From: a virus
Length of the DNA stretch: 44,766 bases
Strand: one strand, 5' to 3'
Virus record (IMG/VR): IMGVR_UViG_3300037511_000572
Under the pieces are notes generated by a model. That model was not told where the DNA came from, ran no database searches, and worked only from the letters and a program-made list of their open reading frames with translations. Shown in pieces: positions 40,428 to 44,766 of the stretch. Both the position numbers and the translations under genes were made by a program. The number at the start of each line of letters is the position of its first letter. The first letter of the stretch is position 1.

Positions 40428-40631
40428 CTACGCCAGCTGCACCTGCACCGCGGACAGACCCTTCGGGCCCTGCTTGACCTCGAACTCGACCGCCGCGTTC
40501 TCGACCAGCCCCTCGCGCTTGGACTTGTCCACAAGCGCGGAGTGGTGCACGAACACCTCCTCGCCGCCCTCGTCGTTCTTGATGAAGCCGTAGCCCTTGA
40601 CCTGGTTGAACCACTTGACCTTGCCCTTCAT
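40428..40631 (-). CDS. csp: Cold-shock protein (CspA family)
   Basis: MKGKVKWFNQVKGYGFI (RNP1) and EVFVHHS (RNP2). 67 aa with an AGGAGG RBS. Confidence 0.9.
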   Translation of the reverse strand: MKGKVKWFNQVKGYGFIKNDEGGEEVFVHHSALVDKSKREGLVENAAVEFEVKQGPKGLSAVQVQLA

Positions 40632-41047
40632 TGTGATACCTCCTGGATTTGATCGTACCTCACTCCGCACTGGGCCAGAACCTCCAGGGCCTGCTGCGCC
40701 TCTGGGTCGTCCCACCTTCGCGCGAACACCACCCTTTCCGCCCCGACGTTCACCATCATCCTTGCGCAGGACAAGCATGGAGACATCGAGGTGTAGAACG
40801 TCGCCCCAACAAGTGCCACGCCGTTCCTTGCCGCCTGCACTATCGCGTTCTCCTCCGCGTGGCAGTAGTGCCTCTTTGTGGTCTCCTGGCTCTCGTCCCA
40901 GCCCTTCGGGGTCCCATTGTATCCGGTAGACAGCACGATGCCGTCGACGGTTACCACGCACCCCACTTTCGTTCTCGGCCATGTTGACCTCGTAGAGACA
41001 AGCTCCGCCATGCGGAGGAAGTATACTTCCAGACTAGGCCGCGACAT
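40628..41047 (-). CDS. Deoxycytidylate (dCMP) deaminase
   Basis: Zinc motifs CHAEENAI and SPCLSCARMM, with GYNGTP upstream. About 139 aa. Confidence 0.85.
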   Translation of the reverse strand: MSRPSLEVYFLRMAELVSTRSTWPRTKVGCVVTVDGIVLSTGYNGTPKGWDESQETTKRHYCHAEENAIVQAARNGVALVGATFYTSMSPCLSCARMMVNVGAERVVFARRWDDPEAQQALEVLAQCGVRYDQIQEVSQ

Positions 41048-41237
41048 CCTCCGCCCCCAAGGTCATGCGGCGGTCCTGGCGGGTCGACTCGCAGGCCTGC
41101 ATGACCATCTCGTTCACCTTGCGGGAGAGCGCATCGATGAAGTCCTTGCCGGACCGCATCCCCTCGTTCTTGATGAGGGCCTTCACCTTGCTCGTGACCA
41201 CCAGGCACTGCACCACCTTCGCCTTCTTTGCGACCAT
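41034..41237 (-). CDS. Histone-fold protein (DUF1931 / bacterial singlet-histone-like)
   Basis: 67 aa. LVVTSKVKALIKNEG...DFIDALSRKVNEMVMQACESTRQDRRMTLGAEDV resembles DUF1931-type histone-fold proteins as I recall them. Confidence 0.55.
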   Translation of the reverse strand: MVAKKAKVVQCLVVTSKVKALIKNEGMRSGKDFIDALSRKVNEMVMQACESTRQDRRMTLGAEDVAA

Positions 41238-41314
41238 GTTACGCCTCCTGTTTTTCTTGAAGTAGGGCCTGTAACCGTTGAGGCGGCCCGAGCGTCTAAT
41301 ACTGTATGAACGGC

Positions 41315-42361
41315 CTAATCCCCTCGTTCCTCGGGCAGCTCCTCGTGCGCGCGCTCCTTAATGCGGTAGTGCAGGAGGTTCTCCTTCGTCACGCCGTCGA
41401 GGCAAAGCTTCATGAACGGGCACGTCCCCATCGCCGTGCAGTGGCCGGCGTTCTGGATGAAGTCGTTCTCCCGCTGGGCCCTGTCGACGTGCTTGATGAA
41501 CTTGACCGTCTCCCGGCCAAAGCGGTCGAGGTCGGAGTCGTTGAACAGGATGGGCTCGCGGTAGAAGTAGGCGCCGGGGTTGAGGTAGTACTCGTCCTCC
41601 ACGCGCCTGAGGAACTGCCGGAGGGACTCGGACTGCTTCTGCCGTATCTGCGGCTTCTTCACCACGTTGTAGACGATCCCGCCAAACTTCTCGCCGCCGG
41701 ACTCGCGCTGGGACCAGGCGTATCCGAGTATCTGGTTGTCCATGGGGAGCTTGGCCACGTAGCCGGCGTCTATCCTCCCGGCCGTCTTGTGCTCCACCAG
41801 GAGGAGCCGCTTCGTCTTCTTGCTGCGGACCACCAGGTCCTTCTTGCCGGTGTACCTCCAGCCGTCCGGCAGGTCCGCCTTGAACACGCCCTCGGCCTCT
41901 ATGAGGTCCCACGCCTTCCTGTCCTCGGCCAGGTACTTCTGCTTGTAGCCCTTGACCATGCCGACGACCACCGCCTGCTGCATCCAAATGAGGTCCGACT
42001 CCTCGGCCCTCAGGCCCGGCGTCTTGCAGGCCTTCTCGCACGCGTCGCCGACCCTGTCCCGCATGGCCTCCTCGTCCAGCTTCCACGTCTTGTACATGTA
42101 CTCCATCTCGTTGTGGAAGAGGCCGCCCACGAGGAACGGGATGGACGGCTTGCGCGGCGCCAGGCCGTAGACGTAGGAGTACTGGTACTTCTGCTGGCAG
42201 TTGAGGAAAGTGGAGCGCGCAGAGTTCGTAAGGACCTTCCCCCACTTGAACGGCTTGAGGTCCTTGACCCCGGCGAACGTGACCTCCCCGGCCATGTGGC
42301 GCCCGGAGGACTGGCCGTCCCAGAGGTCCTTGAACTTCGCGAGTGCGTCGTTGCCCTTCAC
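41315..42361 (-). CDS. PD-(D/E)xK exonuclease, Cas4/RecB-like with a Cys cluster
   Basis: GKKDLVV ... LLLVEHKT (D...ExK). One N-terminal Cys plus C-terminal HCTAMGTCPFMKLC. GTG at 42361 overlaps the upstream stop; an ATG at 42295 is an alternative start. Confidence 0.75.
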   Translation of the reverse strand: MKGNDALAKFKDLWDGQSSGRHMAGEVTFAGVKDLKPFKWGKVLTNSARSTFLNCQQKYQYSYVYGLAPRKPSIPFLVGGLFHNEMEYMYKTWKLDEEAMRDRVGDACEKACKTPGLRAEESDLIWMQQAVVVGMVKGYKQKYLAEDRKAWDLIEAEGVFKADLPDGWRYTGKKDLVVRSKKTKRLLLVEHKTAGRIDAGYVAKLPMDNQILGYAWSQRESGGEKFGGIVYNVVKKPQIRQKQSESLRQFLRRVEDEYYLNPGAYFYREPILFNDSDLDRFGRETVKFIKHVDRAQRENDFIQNAGHCTAMGTCPFMKLCLDGVTKENLLHYRIKERAHEELPEERGD

Positions 42362-42510
42362 AGCATGTCCTCTATCAAGGCGTACACGACCAACAGGATG
42401 GGAGTGAATGCGCACCCTGCCAGGAACTGCCTGTTTGTTACCAATCCAAATAGGCAGATTAGCCCAAGCATGGCAGCAATGCCGAGCCCCTTCAAACGCC
42501 AGTCGTTCAT
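42358..42510 (-). CDS. Small two-TM membrane protein (50 aa)
   Basis: GAGGAG RBS. GLGIAAMLGLICLFGLV and FLAGCAFTPILLVVYALI. Confidence 0.5.
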   Translation of the reverse strand: MNDWRLKGLGIAAMLGLICLFGLVTNRQFLAGCAFTPILLVVYALIEDML

Positions 42511-42572
42511 ACCATCTCCTCGAACTCGGAAGCCGCGCACTTCTCCTCCAGCTTCACCTGCTGCGACGCCTC

Positions 42573-42716
42573 TCACTGGCAGCACTTCACCGTGGCGTGC
42601 AGGCAGAACCCGAAATAGGACTTCTTGTACCGCCCTCCCCCCTCCTCCGTGCCCTCGACCGAGTCCTCGGATATCTCCCAGTCCTTGTCCTCGCAGTCGC
42701 ACTCCTCGAGCTCCAC
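42573..42716 (-). CDS. Possible small acidic Cys-rich ORF (47 aa)
   Basis: High third-position GC frame ...ELEECDCEDKDWEISEDS...FCLHATVKCCQ. Only a GTG start is available and it has no convincing RBS. Confidence 0.25.
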   Translation of the reverse strand: MELEECDCEDKDWEISEDSVEGTEEGGGRYKKSYFGFCLHATVKCCQ

Positions 42717-42817
42717 CTCCGCGGTGGCGGTGGTCAGCGCATGCCTACCCGTCTTCCCACGACGACTGGACCCTGAGGGCCCGTCAAACCAACCGCGCGC
42801 TTACCTCTGCTCGTGCG

Positions 42818-43054
42818 TCAGAGCCTCGCCTTCTCGTCCGCCAGAATCCTCGGCAGGTAGCGCTCGGCCAGGATGCTCAGCACCGCCGAGTCCGACCTCC
42901 GGAACTTCCTCGAGGCCTCGTCCACCAGCCCCTCCGCCTTCTTGCTCAGGTACACGGACTTGTTCACGCCGTTGCGAACCCTGGCCGGATCACCCTCCAG
43001 CGTCGGGGGCTGTTGGACCTCTTGAATCTGCCCTTGCGCTTGGGTTGCCTTCAT
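42818..43054 (-). CDS. Ribbon-helix-helix (CopG/Arc-like) DNA-binding protein
   Basis: AAGGAGA RBS 7 nt before the ATG at 43054. KSVYLSKKAEGLVDEASRKF...SAVLSILAERYL fits a beta-alpha-alpha pattern. First gene after an AT-rich region. Confidence 0.6.
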   Translation of the reverse strand: MKATQAQGQIQEVQQPPTLEGDPARVRNGVNKSVYLSKKAEGLVDEASRKFRRSDSAVLSILAERYLPRILADEKARL

Positions 43055-43079
43055 CTTGCGTTCTCCTTGCGTTCGGTGT

Positions 43080-43085
43080 AATATA
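43080..43085 (-). promoter_or_regulatory. Candidate -10 box (TATATT on the - strand) upstream of the RHH gene
   Basis: AT-rich region with the box 26 nt upstream of the ATG at 43054. No good -35 at 16-18 bp. Confidence 0.3.
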
Positions 43086-43132
43086 GCGTATTCGAACTTC
43101 AAGTCTTTCAGAAAAATAATTTTCTTGTCCAA

Positions 43133-43280
43133 GTAGTAGAGGTATAGGTAGTAGTAGTTAGGGTGGTGGTGGTGGTGGGGGTGTAATGTATTACGTATAG
43201 GGCCTCTCCGATCCGGACCCTCTCTTACACCCTTATATGCTCACACGCCGGGCCATCACCACCACCACTACAGCTATTAC
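43133..43280. repeat. Trinucleotide-repeat tract (GTA)n / (GGT)5 with a distal inverted partner (CAC)4
   Basis: gtagtagaggtataggtagtagtagttagggtggtggtggtggtggggg at 43133-43181. caccaccaccac at 43257-43268 is the reverse complement of the GGT run. Small palindromes lie between them. Confidence 0.6.
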
Positions 43281-43738
43281 AGCTTTAGCATCCTTGGCCT
43301 CGAGGCCCAGAACCCGTGCAGGATGTTCCACGCCACCTGCTCGGCCTCCAGCCTCCCCGAGCAGAAGTAGGGCGCGACCCCCCGCCTGGTGCAGGACTTG
43401 AAGAGCTGGGCCACCACCCTGTCCGGCTCGGCCCACGAGAACCTGGACCCGAGGCTCACCCTCTGCAGGTCCCCCTCGACCACCACCGCCATGAACTTCA
43501 GCCCCATGTCCATCGACCTCTCCAGCTCGCGCTCGAACCTCTCCAGCCCCTTGGTCATGGTCAGGAACAGGTCCTCCACCGACTTGCGCTCCACGGCCAC
43601 CACGGAGGACATGCCCTGGACCGAGTAGTCGCCCACGTGCAGCTTCTGCGGCTTCAGCCTCACGGTCCTGCCCGCGAAGCGCCACGGGTTCTGCTCTCTG
43701 GTGTCCACCAGCACGGTCGGCAGCCTGAACACGCTCAT
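43277..43738 (-). CDS. ERCC4-type nuclease (possible junction resolvase)
   Basis: VLVDTREQ ... VGDY ... VERKSVEDL motifs. The ATG at 43738 overlaps the upstream stop. Confidence 0.75.
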   Translation of the reverse strand: MSVFRLPTVLVDTREQNPWRFAGRTVRLKPQKLHVGDYSVQGMSSVVAVERKSVEDLFLTMTKGLERFERELERSMDMGLKFMAVVVEGDLQRVSLGSRFSWAEPDRVVAQLFKSCTRRGVAPYFCSGRLEAEQVAWNILHGFWASRPRMLKL

Positions 43739-43872
43739 ATCGTGGCCGCCTGGGGGAACTGAATCTCCAGGTCCTCCGCGTCCGCGAACCTCTCGCAGCC
43801 GCACCCGGCGTTGACGCACGCGCCCTCCATGAGGAGGTGCACCCTTTGATCGTGCCCGCACAGACAGTCCAT
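43735..43872 (-). CDS. Small Cys-rich, zinc-binding-like protein (45 aa; below the ORF-track cutoff)
   Basis: AGGAGA lies 5 nt before the ATG. MDCLCGH ... CVNAGCGC. Stop overlaps the next ATG (ATGA). Confidence 0.5.
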   Translation of the reverse strand: MDCLCGHDQRVHLLMEGACVNAGCGCERFADAEDLEIQFPQAATI

Positions 43873-43903
43873 CGTCGTCTCCTGTGCTCTTTCTTGTGGG
43901 CAT

Positions 43904-43944
43904 AAAAAGGCCGAGGCCCCACACCCTTCCGAGTGTGAGGCCCC
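43904..43944 (-). terminator. Rho-independent terminator after 43971..44600
   Basis: On the - strand: 12-bp stem ggggcctcacac / gtgtggggcctc (two G-U pairs), loop tcggaagg, then ggccttttta. Confidence 0.55.
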
Positions 43945-43970
43945 GGCAGTCTGAAACTACTTCTTAGGTC

Positions 43971-44600
43971 TTAGGCTTCGATCGGCTCTTCCGCCCGGCG
44001 CTTCTTCTCCCGGCGGTTGGGCACGACCACCTTCTTGGCGGCCTTGGCCTTCTTGGCCCCGTCCTTCGTGTGGCCGCCCGCCTGGTTGATGAGGTGGCCG
44101 GGCTTGCCGTCCTGGCCCTTCAGCTTCCCCCCGCGGTACTGGCTCTTGTACCAGGCCAGCTGCTTGGCGTCGAACTTCTTCGAGCCCGTCGCCTCGCGGA
44201 CCATGGAAATCAGGTCCTCGTCCGACTTCACCCTCTCCAGCGCGAACTGCTTGACCAGAACGTCGGCCGCTGAGGTCCGGCGCTCCTTCGCTTCCTTGCT
44301 CTTTGCCATTGGACTTCCTCCTGAGCTCGCGGCTGCGCCGTAACCCCACTCCTTGTACTTCCACTCGCAGCTTGCGCGGCATAGATCGTAGGTCTTGTCG
44401 TAGGGCGGGACGGACACCACCGTCACCTCTTCGACCCGCATCGGCTTGTGGACTTCGACCCACTGCCTGCTCCGCCTGTCGAACACCCTGCCCTGGCACC
44501 ACAGCTCCGACCAGTGGTGGCCGTGACGCTCCCACGGGTACGGCGAGCCGGGATTCGCCTTGGGCCTTGCTCCCCCCTGCTTCTTCAGGACGATCTTCAC
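43971..44600 (-). CDS. Hypothetical early protein with a Lys-rich, DNA-binding-like C-terminus; contains a strong internal in-frame start
   Basis: GTG start with GGAGGG 7 nt upstream. C-terminus AKKAKAAKKVVVPNRREKKRR. An internal ATG at 44309 is preceded by AGGAGGA at 6 nt. Confidence 0.6.
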   Translation of the reverse strand: MKIVLKKQGGARPKANPGSPYPWERHGHHWSELWCQGRVFDRRSRQWVEVHKPMRVEEVTVVSVPPYDKTYDLCRASCEWKYKEWGYGAAASSGGSPMAKSKEAKERRTSAADVLVKQFALERVKSDEDLISMVREATGSKKFDAKQLAWYKSQYRGGKLKGQDGKPGHLINQAGGHTKDGAKKAKAAKKVVVPNRREKKRRAEEPIEA

Positions 44601-44635
44601 TGGCGTACCCTCCCCCCAATCATGCGTCGTAATAT

Positions 44636-44644
44636 ATTATACCA
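44636..44644 (-). promoter_or_regulatory. Candidate extended -10 promoter (TGgTATAAT on the - strand) for the leftward early operon
   Basis: The reverse complement of 44636-44644 reads tggtataat. It lies about 36 nt upstream of the GTG at 44600, in an AT-rich spacer. Confidence 0.45.
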
Positions 44645-44664
44645 CATAAACTTGATTCCCGACA

Positions 44665-44674
44665 CCCCCCCCCC
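44665..44674. repeat. C10 / G10 homopolymer tract
   Basis: Ten consecutive C at 44665-44674. The contig start (base 1) falls inside this run. Confidence 0.9.
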
Positions 44675-44766
44675 ACCACAAGATAATTTACAGGCCCAGA
44701 GACAGCTGCCGGCCGGAGCCAGGCACTGGCCTCCGCGCCCCAGGATCCGGGGCGTTGCCCGCGGGA
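44667..44766. repeat. Terminal direct repeat, copy 2
   Basis: Identical to 1-100. It duplicates the 3' end of CDS 22..306, so that fragment should not be counted as a separate gene. Confidence 0.95.

Noticed and set aside
41306-43081. A 591-aa + strand ORF opposite the Cas4-like nuclease and neighbouring genes
   Set aside because: It is antisense to several motif-bearing genes, and its translation is low-complexity.
43133-43181. The (GTA)n/(GGT)n tract as a CRISPR array or as coding sequence
   Set aside because: The periodicity is 3 nt, not 25-40 nt repeats with spacers. Stop codons occur in the relevant frames, and the tract lies in an intergenic position.
1-44766. Search for an integrase, a CI-like repressor, tRNA genes, a CRISPR array or a reverse transcriptase (DGR)
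   Set aside because: I recognised no such motifs or cloverleaf-like sequences in any frame by eye. Absence should be confirmed with tRNAscan-SE and HMM searches.

Overview
The window is a complete, circularly closed phage genome. Bases 1-100 are repeated exactly at 44667-44766, so the unique length is 44,666 bp. It is a high-GC, siphovirus-like dsDNA phage, with a tail tube, G/GT chaperones and a tape measure but no sheath. I saw no integrase, repressor, tRNA or CRISPR array. All domain calls come from motifs recognised by eye; no database search was run.

Layout:
- A divergent control region lies at about 2850-3041.
- Rightward (+): terminase, portal, Mu-F-like protein, scaffold, decoration protein, major capsid, connectors and tail tube. 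Then a 3.5-kb glycosylation cassette, the G/GT chaperones, tape measure, fibres and baseplate, and lysis genes ending at a terminator near 28465-28500. A lower-GC block of small genes follows (28634-31469).
- Leftward (-): a strong extended -10 promoter near 44636 drives early, recombination, replication and nucleotide-metabolism genes (44600 down to 31466). A second leftward operon of 13 small genes runs from 2849 down to 22.
- The two arms converge tail-to-tail on a shared CTAG at 31466-31469.

Most notable observations:
1. A flagellin-island-like glycosylation cassette (Maf/DUF115, GT4, GT2, SAM methyltransferase) sits between the tail-tube gene and the G/GT chaperones.
2. A thymidylate-synthase homolog carries Asp at the uracil-selecting Asn177 position, the dCMP methylase/hydroxymethylase signature. 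It sits in one gene block with a DHFR-like reductase, an orphan Vsr endonuclease, family-A DNA polymerase and two NTP pyrophosphohydrolases, with a dCMP deaminase nearby. This suggests a 5-modified-cytosine genome or a non-canonical dTMP route.
3. A receptor-binding-type protein is built from three about 185-aa His-rich repeats.
4. Three proteins inside the virion module carry Sec-type signal peptides.
5. The phage encodes a bacterial-type histone-fold protein.

Many long ORFs in the supplied track are antisense or off-frame artefacts of the high GC content and were rejected.
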